From assembly GCA_025449695.1 (NCBI GenBank), contig JANWIW010000013.1, positions 1-56,023 on the forward strand: DNA of 56,023 nt, in the 5' to 3' direction. The position numbers were made by a program, and so were the translations under genes. Below are positions 27,263 to 36,740 of this stretch, piece after piece; the first letter of the stretch is position 1; each line of letters starts with the position of its first letter. Source of the stretch: Minisyncoccota bacterium. GTDB taxonomy: Bacteria > Patescibacteriota > Minisyncoccia > UBA6257 > 2-01-FULL-56-20. The notes under the pieces were generated by a model. The model saw nothing but the letters and a program-made list of their open reading frames with translations. It did no database searches and had not been told where the DNA came from.

Positions 27263-28222
27263 ATGACTGACGACGCTATCGTGATCGAGGATCTCAGAAA
27301 GAATTTCAAGGACGTCAAAGTCCTGGAAGGCATAGACCTGAAGGTGGAGCGCGGTACCGTGCTCGCTCTTTTGGGACCGAACGGCGCGGGCAAGACGACC
27401 ACCATCAGGATCTTGAGCACCTTGCTCCAGCCTGATGACGGCAGGGCCTATATCAATGGCCATGACGTCGTAAAGGACCCGGACGCGGTGCGGGCGAGCA
27501 TAGGGCTGACCGGCCAGTACGCGGCGGTGGACGAGCTTCTGACCGGCAGGGAGAACCTGGAAATGATGGGGCGGCTCTACCATCTTTCCAAGGCGGACAG
27601 CAGGACCCGGGCGGAGGAAATGCTCGCTGAGTTCGAACTCACGGACGCCGCGAACCGGGCGGTCAAGACCTACTCCGGGGGCATGAAGCGGCGTCTGGAT
27701 GTCGCCGCCAGCCTGATCGCCGCGCCTCCCATTCTTTTCCTGGATGAGCCTACCACGGGCCTCGATCCAAGAAGCCGGCTCAAGGTCTGGGACATCGTCC
27801 AGCAGCTCGTGGACGCCGGCGCGACCATATTCCTCACGACCCAGTACCTGGATGAAGCGGATAAGCTCGCGGACCGCATCGCGGTCCTGGATCACGGCCG
27901 CATCATCGCGGAAGGGACTGCGGACGAGCTTAAGGAAAAAGTGGGCAAGGACAGGCTGGAAGTGACTGTGACGAAGGAAAGCGATTTCGATGCGGCCTTG
28001 CGGGCCGTGGAGGGCGCCGCGGCGCAATCCGACCCCGAGGAGCGGAGGGTGAGCGTGGCCATGGAAGGCGGAGTGCACGAAGTGAAAGAGCTTCTGGACC
28101 GGCTGGAACGGGCGGGCGTGAAGATCGAGGGGCTGGCTCTCCATAAGCCGACCCTGGACGACGTCTTTCTCCATCTGACCGGGCACGAAGCCATGGAAAA
28201 CGACCAAGTCACGAAAAAATGA
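27263..28222 (+). CDS. ABC transporter ATP-binding protein (DrrA / ABC-2 type)
   Basis: Walker A GPNGAGKTT, signature YSGGMKRRL, Walker B ILFLDEPTTGLD. It overlaps the next gene by 4 nt. Confidence 0.9.
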   Translation: MTDDAIVIEDLRKNFKDVKVLEGIDLKVERGTVLALLGPNGAGKTTTIRILSTLLQPDDGRAYINGHDVVKDPDAVRASIGLTGQYAAVDELLTGRENLEMMGRLYHLSKADSRTRAEEMLAEFELTDAANRAVKTYSGGMKRRLDVAASLIAAPPILFLDEPTTGLDPRSRLKVWDIVQQLVDAGATIFLTTQYLDEADKLADRIAVLDHGRIIAEGTADELKEKVGKDRLEVTVTKESDFDAALRAVEGAAAQSDPEERRVSVAMEGGVHEVKELLDRLERAGVKIEGLALHKPTLDDVFLHLTGHEAMENDQVTKK

Positions 28223-29037
28223 GCCGCAGCAAATTCGCCATAGGCAGCGTCAAGCCAGAACAACGCTCCAAGCTCTACTGGATGTTTTCCGACTCCGGAG
28301 TGCTCATCAAGCGCAGCTTGAGCCACATCGTGAAGAACAGGGACCAGGTCCTGGGTCTCACCATCCAGCCGATCATGTTCATGCTTCTTTTCCGGTATGT
28401 CTTCGGAGGCGCGATCAATACCGGCAGCGTAAGCTACGTGAACTTCCTGGTGGCCGGGATCCTCATCCAAAGCGCGGCCTTCGGAGCCCTGACCACATCG
28501 CTCAGCGTCGCGACGGACCTCCAAAAAGGGCTCATAGACCGGATCAAGTCTTTGCCTATCGTGGGCTGGGGCCTGCTCATGGGACATGTGGTCGGGGATC
28601 TCGCGAGAAACCTTATCCAATCGCTCGTCATGATCGGCATAGGCCTCCTCGTGGGCTTCCGCCCGAGCGCATCCCCGTACGAATGGCTCCTTATCGCCGG
28701 GATCGTGCTGCTTTTCACCTTCGCCATATCCTGGATCGCCGCCATCATGGGACTCGTAGCCCGTAGCGTCGAATCGGTCCAATGGATGGGGTTCTTCTTG
28801 GTGTTTCCTCTCACTTTCGCGTCCGCCGCCTTCGCTCCCACGCAAACGATGGCCAAATGGCTCCGCGTCTTCGCGGAAAACCAGCCGGTGACCCACGTCA
28901 TCGAAGCGGTTCGCGCGCTCATGATCGGTACCCCGATAGGCAACCATGCTTGGCTCGCGGCCGTCTGGTGCATCGGCATAATCGCCGTGGCCATGCCTTT
29001 CGCGACGCATCTGTTCCGAAAATACGGCGGCAGGTAA
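28219..29037 (+). CDS. ABC-2 type transporter permease
   Basis: 272 aa with six predicted helices, coupled to the ATPase gene. Confidence 0.85.
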   Translation: MSRSKFAIGSVKPEQRSKLYWMFSDSGVLIKRSLSHIVKNRDQVLGLTIQPIMFMLLFRYVFGGAINTGSVSYVNFLVAGILIQSAAFGALTTSLSVATDLQKGLIDRIKSLPIVGWGLLMGHVVGDLARNLIQSLVMIGIGLLVGFRPSASPYEWLLIAGIVLLFTFAISWIAAIMGLVARSVESVQWMGFFLVFPLTFASAAFAPTQTMAKWLRVFAENQPVTHVIEAVRALMIGTPIGNHAWLAAVWCIGIIAVAMPFATHLFRKYGGR

Positions 29038-29043
29038 GATCGC

Positions 29044-29190
29044 ATGGAAACAACGAAAAGGAAACTGAAGACCTGCAGCCGCGGCCACAAGTTCTACAAA
29101 AGCAGTGATCGTCCGGTATGCCCGACCTGCTGGCCGGGGTATTATCGGAAGGTAAAGGCAAAGGGGCTAAGACTCAAGAAAGGTGTATAA
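29044..29190 (+). CDS. Small zinc-ribbon protein (not in the ORF track, under 60 aa)
   Basis: METTKRKLKTCSRGHKFYKSSDRPVCPTCWPGYYRKVKAKGLRLKKGV, with a C-x3-H ... C-x2-C arrangement. Confidence 0.4.
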   Translation: METTKRKLKTCSRGHKFYKSSDRPVCPTCWPGYYRKVKAKGLRLKKGV

Positions 29191-29197
29191 TAAGGCC

Positions 29198-30322
29198 ATG
29201 AAATACATCACGTTCGGCGTGCTGGTCTTGGTGTTAGTGTTAGTACCCGCATACGCCCTTGGCGCAGAATTCCGGGCCAACGAGCAGGTGAGCCTGCCAG
29301 CTGGACAATCAGTGGAAGATGACCTCTATGCCGCAGGCAGTTCCGTGAATATCAGCGGCGAGGTAAAGGGTGACCTGTTCGCGGCGGGAGGATCGGTCAT
29401 CGTGAAAGGCGCCGTCGCGGAGGACCTCGTGGCGGCAGGCGGCACGCTGAACCTTCTTGGAGAGGTCGAGGGTGACCTAAGGGCGGGCGGCGGCACTGTC
29501 TTGATCCACGGAACGGTCGGAGGCGACGTTCTGGCCGGAGGCGGCGAGATCGATCTGGGAGCCGAAGTGCGCGGCGACGTGGCGGCAGGCGGCGGCGTCA
29601 TCCGCGTGGAGGCACCGGTCGGAGGCGACCTGCGCATCGGCGGAGGCGAAGTGTATTTGAACAGCTCCGTTCAGGGCGATGTATGGGTCAATGCCGACAA
29701 GCTGATCCTGGGAAGCGGCGCAGTCATTATGGGCGCTTTGAAGTACCGCTCCCCTCTGCCGGTGGTCATGGAGGAAGGCGCGCGGGTCCAAGGAGAGGTC
29801 TCTTACGAACGTCGTCCGGCCCGCGAGGAGAAGGACCACGGCGGCAAGTGGTTGTCCGTCGCGCTGTTCGTGAAATTCCTGATGCTGCTCGCAGGATCCC
29901 TCATCCTCGGTCTTTCCTTCCGGCGCTATTCCCGGGAACTGGTCCAAAGGGGCTTTGCGCGCCCTCTCGCGAACATCGGCCTCGGCCTTGTCTTCCTCAT
30001 CGTCGCGCCGATAGTATCGGTCCTGCTCATGGTGACGGTTATCGGCATTCCTCTCGGCATGCTCGGCCTTCTCACGTATATCGCCTTCCTCATCCTCAGC
30101 ACGCTCCTCGTCCCCCTGTTCGCGGGCAGCCTGGTCTATAAATGGATCAAGAAGGGCCAGGACTATGTAGTGAACTGGAAGACGATAGTTCTTGGGGCCT
30201 TCGTGTTCGGTATCTTGTGCATCATACCCTTCCTGGGCTGGCTCCTCAGCCTGGGGTTCGTCCTCTTCGCGCTGGGCGAGATGCTGCGGATCAAGTGGGA
30301 ACTTGCCAAAGGATGGAAATAG
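29198..30322 (+). CDS. Bactofilin-like (polymer-forming) repeat protein with a C-terminal multi-helix membrane anchor
   Basis: It has a signal/TM segment, then about 9 repeats of the (V/L)xGDLxAAGGxVxhxG type, then 4-5 hydrophobic helices. Confidence 0.75.
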   Translation: MKYITFGVLVLVLVLVPAYALGAEFRANEQVSLPAGQSVEDDLYAAGSSVNISGEVKGDLFAAGGSVIVKGAVAEDLVAAGGTLNLLGEVEGDLRAGGGTVLIHGTVGGDVLAGGGEIDLGAEVRGDVAAGGGVIRVEAPVGGDLRIGGGEVYLNSSVQGDVWVNADKLILGSGAVIMGALKYRSPLPVVMEEGARVQGEVSYERRPAREEKDHGGKWLSVALFVKFLMLLAGSLILGLSFRRYSRELVQRGFARPLANIGLGLVFLIVAPIVSVLLMVTVIGIPLGMLGLLTYIAFLILSTLLVPLFAGSLVYKWIKKGQDYVVNWKTIVLGAFVFGILCIIPFLGWLLSLGFVLFALGEMLRIKWELAKGWK

Positions 30323-30363
30323 CCGCCGCATGGGCGGGTGAAGAGGTGTCCGTCCCCCGGCTC

Positions 30364-30600
30364 CTAGCGGGAGCGCTTTCCCCGCGACGCTGAGCCTTTC
30401 TTCCGGACCGCAGCCGCGGAGCGGTTCCGCATCGGCAGCTTCTTGCGCTTGACCTTCGCCAGCTTGCGCAGCTCCTCCTCGCTCATCGAGACGTACATGC
30501 TCTTCGACGCGCCGCGCAGGGAAGCTTTGCTCCGCTCGCCGCGCTTCGCGGACAGGGCCGCTCCCGCGGCCATTTGCTGTTTCTTGCTCTTCGCCGGCAT
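30364..30600 (-). CDS. DUF3008 family small basic protein
   Basis: MPAKSKKQQMAAGAALSAKRGERSKASLRGASKSMYVSMSEEELRKLA. Confidence 0.7.
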   Translation of the reverse strand: MPAKSKKQQMAAGAALSAKRGERSKASLRGASKSMYVSMSEEELRKLAKVKRKKLPMRNRSAAAVRKKGSASRGKRSR

Positions 30601-30714
30601 AGCTCCATCCTATCCTGCCGCCGCATAGTTCCAGTGAAGGTAAGGGCTTACAGGGAACATGACTGTGCGTCAGATATAATGAGAGGGACAGCGGTCATCC
30701 CGCCGCGATCCCTC

Positions 30715-31710
30715 ATGGCCTTCACTCGGAAAAAGCTCTTCAAGCGCTACGGCGCGTTCATCTTCGGAGTCATCGTGCTTATCGTGATCGCGGGCGTCGC
30801 CAGGCACTTCGGCGAAGGCCGGCATTTCGTCGCGCTCCTCAGGGAAGCGGAACCGGGATGGCTCCTGCTCGCATGCCTTCTCCAGGCCAGCACCTATCCC
30901 GCGACCGCAGCAGTATGGGAAGCGACGCTCGGCCGCATCCGGCCGCGCGTGCCCTTCCGGCGGCTCATGAAGCTGAGTGTCGCCAAGCTCTTCCTCGATC
31001 AAGTCGTCCCTTCGGCCGGCCTCTCCGGCAGCATGATGGTGACGGAGAGCCTGGCCGGGAGCAATGTCCCGCGGGCAACCGCCGCCCGGGCCCTTTTTGT
31101 GGGGCTCACCGGCTACTATATGGCCTACACGGCGCTTTTCGCCTGCGCCATAGGCTACCTGATCCTCTTCTCGAGCGTGAACTACCTGGTACTCGCGACC
31201 TCGATCGCGTTCGGCGCGGTCGTCCTTCTCCTGGCCATCCTCGTCATGCTCATCCTCTTCGGCAACCTGGCCCACCGCCTGCCCCGCTTCATCACCCAAT
31301 GGCCTGTCCTCCAGCCTTCCATGACCGCTCTTCAAGAGGCGCCCCGGCACCTGTCCAAGGACTGGGCCATCCTCCTCGAAGCGGCTTTGGCGGCAGGGCT
31401 CATATTCATTTTGGATATCCTGACTCTGTGGGTGATCCTTCGTTCGCTCCACCTTCCGCTCACGCCCGGCCAATCGATCGTCAGCTTCATGGTATCCGCC
31501 GCGGCGGCGACCATCGCCATCATGCCTGGCGGGCTGGGGGTGTTCGAAGGCACGTCCACCGCGATGCTCATATCCTTCGGGTTGCCGTTTGAAGGCGCGC
31601 TCACCGCCACGCTTATCCTGCGCGGGCTGACCTACTGGCTGCCCATGCTGCCGGGACTCCTTATCACCCGCCATGAGATCCGCGCCCACCGGGTAGAAAC
31701 AAGATTGTAG
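30715..31710 (+). CDS. Flippase-like (UPF0104 / lysyl-PG synthase TM region) membrane protein
   Basis: I chose the start at MAFTRKKLFKRYG. It has about 8 helices. Alternative ATG at 30679. Confidence 0.7.
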   Translation: MAFTRKKLFKRYGAFIFGVIVLIVIAGVARHFGEGRHFVALLREAEPGWLLLACLLQASTYPATAAVWEATLGRIRPRVPFRRLMKLSVAKLFLDQVVPSAGLSGSMMVTESLAGSNVPRATAARALFVGLTGYYMAYTALFACAIGYLILFSSVNYLVLATSIAFGAVVLLLAILVMLILFGNLAHRLPRFITQWPVLQPSMTALQEAPRHLSKDWAILLEAALAAGLIFILDILTLWVILRSLHLPLTPGQSIVSFMVSAAAATIAIMPGGLGVFEGTSTAMLISFGLPFEGALTATLILRGLTYWLPMLPGLLITRHEIRAHRVETRL

Positions 31711-31721
31711 ATGTTGTAGAC

Positions 31722-31793
31722 GTTCTAGCCGTTCAAATCGTTCTAAACGCTCAATGCGTTGACTTCGTGTAGAACGATTTGAACGGCTAGAAC
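31722..31793. terminator. Perfect 24-bp inverted repeat between convergent genes
   Basis: gttctagccgttcaaatcgttcta (31722-31745) pairs with tagaacgatttgaacggctagaac (31770-31793). Confidence 0.7.
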
Positions 31794-31805
31794 CATCTTC
31801 CCGGC

Positions 31806-32204
31806 CTACGCAACCTCGTCGCGATACCCGTGGGTATGCCGCGTAACCTTCGGCGCGATGGAAAGCAGGCGGACAATGCCCCAGGCAGCCAGCCAGTAGG
31901 CCAGGACGGCAACCAGCGTGGCCCATTCGAGGACGCTCGCGCCGGCATGCGCAGAAGGTATGATCGCCCGGAACGGCGCGAGAAAGAACGCTGAAGCGCT
32001 GTAGATAAGGTTCGCGAACGGCGCGGCCGGATTAGCAGCCAGAAGCTTCAGGCCGAAACGCACCAGGAGCAGCGCCTCGACAATCGCAAGCAGGGACCAG
32101 ATGACCTGGATGGCCGCGAGGCGCGCGTTCATACCACGTTCTGCGGGAGCATGTACATGCCGATGACCATAGTAGTGGATAGCCATACTCCTCATTTGTA
32201 GCAC
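31806..32204 (-). CDS. YggT-family membrane protein
   Basis: LLLVRFGLKLLAANPAAPFANLIYSASAFFLAPFRAIIP fits the YggT pattern. Confidence 0.6.
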   Translation of the reverse strand: MLQMRSMAIHYYGHRHVHAPAERGMNARLAAIQVIWSLLAIVEALLLVRFGLKLLAANPAAPFANLIYSASAFFLAPFRAIIPSAHAGASVLEWATLVAVLAYWLAAWGIVRLLSIAPKVTRHTHGYRDEVA

Positions 32205-32223
32205 GGGTGCATGGAGAACCCGT

Positions 32224-32308
32224 GAATAGGTTGCAGGTTACAGGATTAACGCTCGGTAGTCTTGGCCTGTCTCGCTGTAACCTCGAACCTGTCACCTGTA
32301 ACCTATTC
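32224..32308. repeat. Low-complexity hairpin (AGGTT/GTAACC vocabulary)
   Basis: gaataggttgcaggttacagg pairs with cctgtcacctgtaacctattc. Confidence 0.7.
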
Positions 32309-32765
32309 AAGGCAGCGCCTGCGGCCACAACGCGTCGTAGAGCGCGGCCATCCCGGAATAGGGCAGGAAGATCACCCCCGCGTCCATGCCGCTGGGGCCG
32401 AAGCCACGGGCAAAGATCTGGGTGGCAGGCATGGGATGGTCCGGCACCGCCAGGGTCCAGGTCTGAAGGGTGCTGGTACCGGCTGTGAGCTTCGCTTCTC
32501 CCAGGAGTGCGTACTCCGAGCCGCCGGCGCCCGTTCCCGGAGGGACGGCCCGGACTTCCACTTTGCTCAACCCTCGCCCCAAAGCGACGAAGTTCGACTC
32601 CATGACGGTGAAACCGATGAGTTCCGCCCTGGATGCGGGAAGACCGCTGGCGGGAGCGGGGCTAAGATAAAGGCTTCCGGCCGCGATCACGAGCCCTGCG
32701 CCAATGGCGAGCGCAATGACGGCATTGCGGGACATGGACGCATCATAAGATTCCCCCGTGAACAA
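32307..32765 (-). CDS. Hypothetical membrane-anchored or secreted protein
   Basis: 152 aa with an N-terminal helix (NAVIALAIGAGLVIAAG). Confidence 0.55.
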   Translation of the reverse strand: MFTGESYDASMSRNAVIALAIGAGLVIAAGSLYLSPAPASGLPASRAELIGFTVMESNFVALGRGLSKVEVRAVPPGTGAGGSEYALLGEAKLTAGTSTLQTWTLAVPDHPMPATQIFARGFGPSGMDAGVIFLPYSGMAALYDALWPQALP

Positions 32766-32780
32766 CCCGTGAGCGCCGGC

Positions 32781-33974
32781 TTACCGCAACAGGTTCCAGA
32801 AGTTCTGGTCACCTTCCCCGTCAAACTTGAAGAGGTATGCGCCCTTCAGCCGGTACTTCCGTACCAACGAGACTTTCTCATTGATGGACTGCGCATCCGT
32901 GAACCAGGCCACCCGGATAACGGGCACGCCGAGGGAGGGCGAGGTCGTCGCATACACGAAGGATAGTTCCCCGGCCGCATTGCGGATGATCCTGGAATTG
33001 GTGCTTGTCGCGAGCTGGAGGGCCTGGGCATAGGTCACGCTGCGCGCACGAATCCAGCCCTGGGTCGGTATCGAAAAAGTGGCGGGCAGGTTGGAACCGT
33101 TCTGGTCCAGAATGGTTCCCGTCGAGGTCGCGGTGGTCGTAGCGATGTTCGCGATCTGCATCTGGAATTCATAGCCGTATGTGGGAATGCCGAGGACCAG
33201 CTTGCTCCGGGAGATGGATCCCAGGGCCTCCTGGATGACCTTCTCCACCCAGGCCGGGTCCGCCACGGGGAAATAGGGCGCGATGGAACCCTTGCTCTTG
33301 TTAAGCTTCACGTCGATATTGCCCTGGTCGTAGGCCATGATCCGCACTTCGTCGCAGTACTTATTGAGCACGGCGTAGTCGTTCGCGTATTCGACCGGCG
33401 GGCGGGTCACGTTGAACCGGGAGGAGAGCGGCGTACGGGGTTCGACCGTACAGGCCAGCACCTTGCGCGCGGAGTGCAGGACCGTGGCGAGCTCTTTAAT
33501 GAACGTGGAGAAGTAAGGCTTGGTCTCCACTCTCTTGTTCTCATAATCTATGTCTATGCCGTCGTAGTTCTTGAGGATGATGGTACCGAGGATGTCCTCG
33601 ATATGGGACTTGCGCCGTTCCGGATCGGAGAGAAGGGCGTGCAGGAGGTCAGGATCGAAATTGGCGATGGTCGGGACGATCTTCACGCCCCGCTTGCGGG
33701 CAAGGGCGAAGAGTTCCGGCCAGGGGGATTCGTCCACGTTCATAACGTCGGTCACCCCGATCTCGGCATCCAACTCGTAAGAGAAGGGGCTGAAGTAGGC
33801 CAGGCGGTCCAAATGGGCCATCACCTCATTCGCGCCGGACGCCTCCTTCCAGAAAGGCAGCCAGCCTCCATAGGCAGGCTTATAGGCGGGAGTGGCCGCC
33901 GACGCGCCGAAGGGCGCGACCAAGACGGCGATGGCCAGTACGGCTATGATCTTCGCGGTATGCCTCATGTACAT
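32781..33974 (-). CDS. Glycoside hydrolase family 18 (chitinase / YaaH-like)
   Basis: Signal peptide plus the catalytic motif YDGIDIDYE (DxxDxDxE). Confidence 0.85.
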   Translation of the reverse strand: MYMRHTAKIIAVLAIAVLVAPFGASAATPAYKPAYGGWLPFWKEASGANEVMAHLDRLAYFSPFSYELDAEIGVTDVMNVDESPWPELFALARKRGVKIVPTIANFDPDLLHALLSDPERRKSHIEDILGTIILKNYDGIDIDYENKRVETKPYFSTFIKELATVLHSARKVLACTVEPRTPLSSRFNVTRPPVEYANDYAVLNKYCDEVRIMAYDQGNIDVKLNKSKGSIAPYFPVADPAWVEKVIQEALGSISRSKLVLGIPTYGYEFQMQIANIATTTATSTGTILDQNGSNLPATFSIPTQGWIRARSVTYAQALQLATSTNSRIIRNAAGELSFVYATTSPSLGVPVIRVAWFTDAQSINEKVSLVRKYRLKGAYLFKFDGEGDQNFWNLLR

Positions 33975-34045
33975 ACGATATGACGGCTGGATGGAGTTTC
34001 CATGACATTGTAGCCCGGAACCCCTACCCCCGCTATAATGAAAAT

Positions 34046-35044
34046 ATGCGCAAGTTTGCCGCCGGCCTGGCGCTTACGACGGTGCTCCTGCCGGCTCTTG
34101 CCTCCGCCCACGAGGCGTACGTCCTGGATCAAGACTTCTTTTGGGACGCCCTTGGAAATCCCGGCACCAACCCCCTCGTGGCTCTCGCCGATCCCGCCAA
34201 TGCCCGGACCTTTCTCGTCATTGCCATCTGCATCGGATTGGTCTTCCTTGCGGCGTTCGTTTTCGGACACACTCTAACCGCCGCGCGGGCGCGCGCCTGG
34301 CTCGCCCGCCGGGCCGCCTGGGGCAAGCTTGCTTTGCGCGTGGCCGTGGGCACAGCCTTGATCATCGGCGCCTTGCATGGGTATTTCCTGGGTACGGAGA
34401 TACCCTTCGAAACGCTAGGTTCGCCTGCCTTCCTGCAGCTGACGGCCTTCCTCGCCGGGACGCTCCTCGTGAGCGGCGTGCTCGCGGAAGGAGGCGCGGT
34501 ACTCGGCATCGTGCTGTGGGCGGTCGCCGCGGGACGTTACGGCACTTACATGATGAGCTATGCCACCTACGTCGGCGCGTTCATCGCTCTTCTGCTGTGG
34601 GGCGGGGGTATGTTCTCCTGGAACCCCTGGCGGAGGTCAAAGAAGAAACCTGCGGCGGGATTGGAGACGGCTATGATCCGGGTGGGCTATGGCACCGCCC
34701 TGCTCTGGGCGGCAGTGTCGGTCAAGCTTCTCCATCCCATCCTGCCGCTCACCGTGGTCACCAACTATCATCTGACCCGCTTCTCTTTTCTTTTTCCGCA
34801 GGACCCGCTTCTTGTCACGCTCGGCGCGACGGTCGCCGAACTGATCATCGGCCTCTTTATACTCCTCGGTTTCCAGACGCGCCTCATTATCGGAATCAGC
34901 CTGTTCTACATCACGCTCTCCCTGTTCTACTTCGGCGAAGCGATATGGCCCCATCTCATCCTCTATGGAGCCTCTTGCTACCTCCTTGCCGCACCCCAGA
35001 GGTTCTCGCTGGACGCGTGGCTGTCGAGACACGCGCATCACTGA
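34046..35044 (+). CDS. Multi-helix membrane protein (DoxX-like C-terminus)
   Basis: Signal-like N-terminus followed by about 8 helices. TATAAT at 34034-34039 lies 6 nt before the ATG. Confidence 0.7.
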   Translation: MRKFAAGLALTTVLLPALASAHEAYVLDQDFFWDALGNPGTNPLVALADPANARTFLVIAICIGLVFLAAFVFGHTLTAARARAWLARRAAWGKLALRVAVGTALIIGALHGYFLGTEIPFETLGSPAFLQLTAFLAGTLLVSGVLAEGGAVLGIVLWAVAAGRYGTYMMSYATYVGAFIALLLWGGGMFSWNPWRRSKKKPAAGLETAMIRVGYGTALLWAAVSVKLLHPILPLTVVTNYHLTRFSFLFPQDPLLVTLGATVAELIIGLFILLGFQTRLIIGISLFYITLSLFYFGEAIWPHLILYGASCYLLAAPQRFSLDAWLSRHAHH

Positions 35045-35057
35045 TACCTTCCGATCC

Positions 35058-36359
35058 ATGACCGGACATCACGATAAAACCAAGCCGCGCGGGATCCGCA
35101 AGTTCTTCCGCATGCTCGGCCCCGGACTCATCACCGGTGCGGCGGATGACGATCCGTCGGGGATCGCCACTTACTCCCAGACCGGCGCGCAGTTCGGGTA
35201 CGGCCAGTTGTGGACCTCGCTTTTTCTCCTGCCCTTCATGACCGCCGTCCAGGAGGCCTGCGCGCGCATCGGGCAGGTGACGGGCAAGGGTCTCGTGGCC
35301 GTCATCAAACAGCGCTATCCCCGCGGAGTGGTGGTGGGCGTGGTCATGCTCGTGCTTATCGCAAACACCATCAACATCGGCGCGAACATAGGCGCCATGG
35401 CCGCCGCTGCCCAGCTCATCTTGCCGGTGAACTTCGTGCTCGCCACGCTGTTTTTCACCGCCTTCATCCTGACCCTCGAGATATTCACCTCTTACCGCGT
35501 CTATGCGCGCATACTGAAATGGCTGGCGCTGGCACTCCTCTCGTATGTCGCCACGGTGTTCCTCGTGCATGCTCCCTGGGCGACAATTCTCCGGGCAACC
35601 TTCGTTCCGCACATAGAGTTCAGTTTCCAGTTCCTCTTCATTATCACCGGGGTCCTGGGCACCACCATCTCGCCTTACATGTTCTTCTGGGAGGCGAGCG
35701 AGGAAGTGGAAGAAGATCGCGAACAGCATCTTCTCCGCAAAGACGGCAGGCCCCGCATAGGCTGGACCAACGTATGGACGATGCGGATGGACAATTTTGC
35801 GGGGATGCTCGCCTCGCAGATCGGGAGCTGGTGCATCATCATCACGACCGCCACGGTACTCCATGCGAACGGCATAACTGATATCGCCACTTCGGCCGAT
35901 GCCGCGAGGGCCCTGGAGCCTTTGGTGAACACTTTCCCGAACGCCGGCCTTCTCGCCAAGGCGATCTTCTCCGTGGGCGTGATCGGCCTGGGCCTTCTCG
36001 CGGTGCCGGTCCTCTCCGGTTCGGCATCGTACGCTTTCGCCGAGGCGGTGAACTGGCGGGCCAGCCTCAATTACAAGTTGAAGCGGGCCCACGGGTTCTA
36101 CGGGGTCATCACCATCGCCACGGTGATAGGCCTCTTCATCAACTTCATAGGCATAGACCCCATAAAAGCGCTCATCGTCACGGCAGTGATCAATGGCGTG
36201 GTCGCAGTGCCTTTGATCTTCCTGATTGCGAAGGTGGCCGGCGATGCGGGGATTATGGGCGAGTTCAAGAGCGGCCGGCTCTCCCAGACGCTCGTGTGGC
36301 TGACCTTCTTCGGCATGGCCGCCGCCGCGATCGCCATGTTCATATCCCTGCGGGGATAA
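35058..36359 (+). CDS. Nramp-family divalent metal transporter
   Basis: LGPGLITGAADDDPSGIATYSQTGAQFGY is the Nramp signature region. Confidence 0.9.
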   Translation: MTGHHDKTKPRGIRKFFRMLGPGLITGAADDDPSGIATYSQTGAQFGYGQLWTSLFLLPFMTAVQEACARIGQVTGKGLVAVIKQRYPRGVVVGVVMLVLIANTINIGANIGAMAAAAQLILPVNFVLATLFFTAFILTLEIFTSYRVYARILKWLALALLSYVATVFLVHAPWATILRATFVPHIEFSFQFLFIITGVLGTTISPYMFFWEASEEVEEDREQHLLRKDGRPRIGWTNVWTMRMDNFAGMLASQIGSWCIIITTATVLHANGITDIATSADAARALEPLVNTFPNAGLLAKAIFSVGVIGLGLLAVPVLSGSASYAFAEAVNWRASLNYKLKRAHGFYGVITIATVIGLFINFIGIDPIKALIVTAVINGVVAVPLIFLIAKVAGDAGIMGEFKSGRLSQTLVWLTFFGMAAAAIAMFISLRG

Positions 36360-36427
36360 CGGCCGCGGTTCACACGAATTTAATTGCGGCAATGGTAGGG
36401 TCGGGGTACTCACCCCTACGTACTGCC

Positions 36428-36709
36428 ATGTTCCGTAAGCTCTCCTATCTCTGCATGATAACGTCCGTGGTCCTTTCATGGGGATTGTTATTGAACGTGG
36501 CGCTCTCTTCGGACCGGAACGGGGAAGGGCAGCCTGGCGGCGAGGCTGTTGTTCCACTGGCAGTAGCGCAGAGCATCCGGTCATCCTTTGACGGCTTCTC
36601 TACAGTCTCGGAGACTCCCTTGAACCGCCATCCTCTAGCCAAGATCGCTGCCCTGCGCATAGCCTTGGACAGGCCGGCCAGGGTACGGCAAGCGAAAACG
36701 GCCCCCTGA
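36428..36709 (+). CDS. Possible small secreted protein
   Basis: Internal ATG of track ORF 36296..36709. It begins with a hydrophobic segment (MFRKLSYLCMITSVVLSWGLLL) and is followed by a ggccc/gggcc hairpin. Confidence 0.3.
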   Translation: MFRKLSYLCMITSVVLSWGLLLNVALSSDRNGEGQPGGEAVVPLAVAQSIRSSFDGFSTVSETPLNRHPLAKIAALRIALDRPARVRQAKTAP

Positions 36710-36740
36710 GGGCCATTTTCGGCAAAAATCTTCCCTATAT

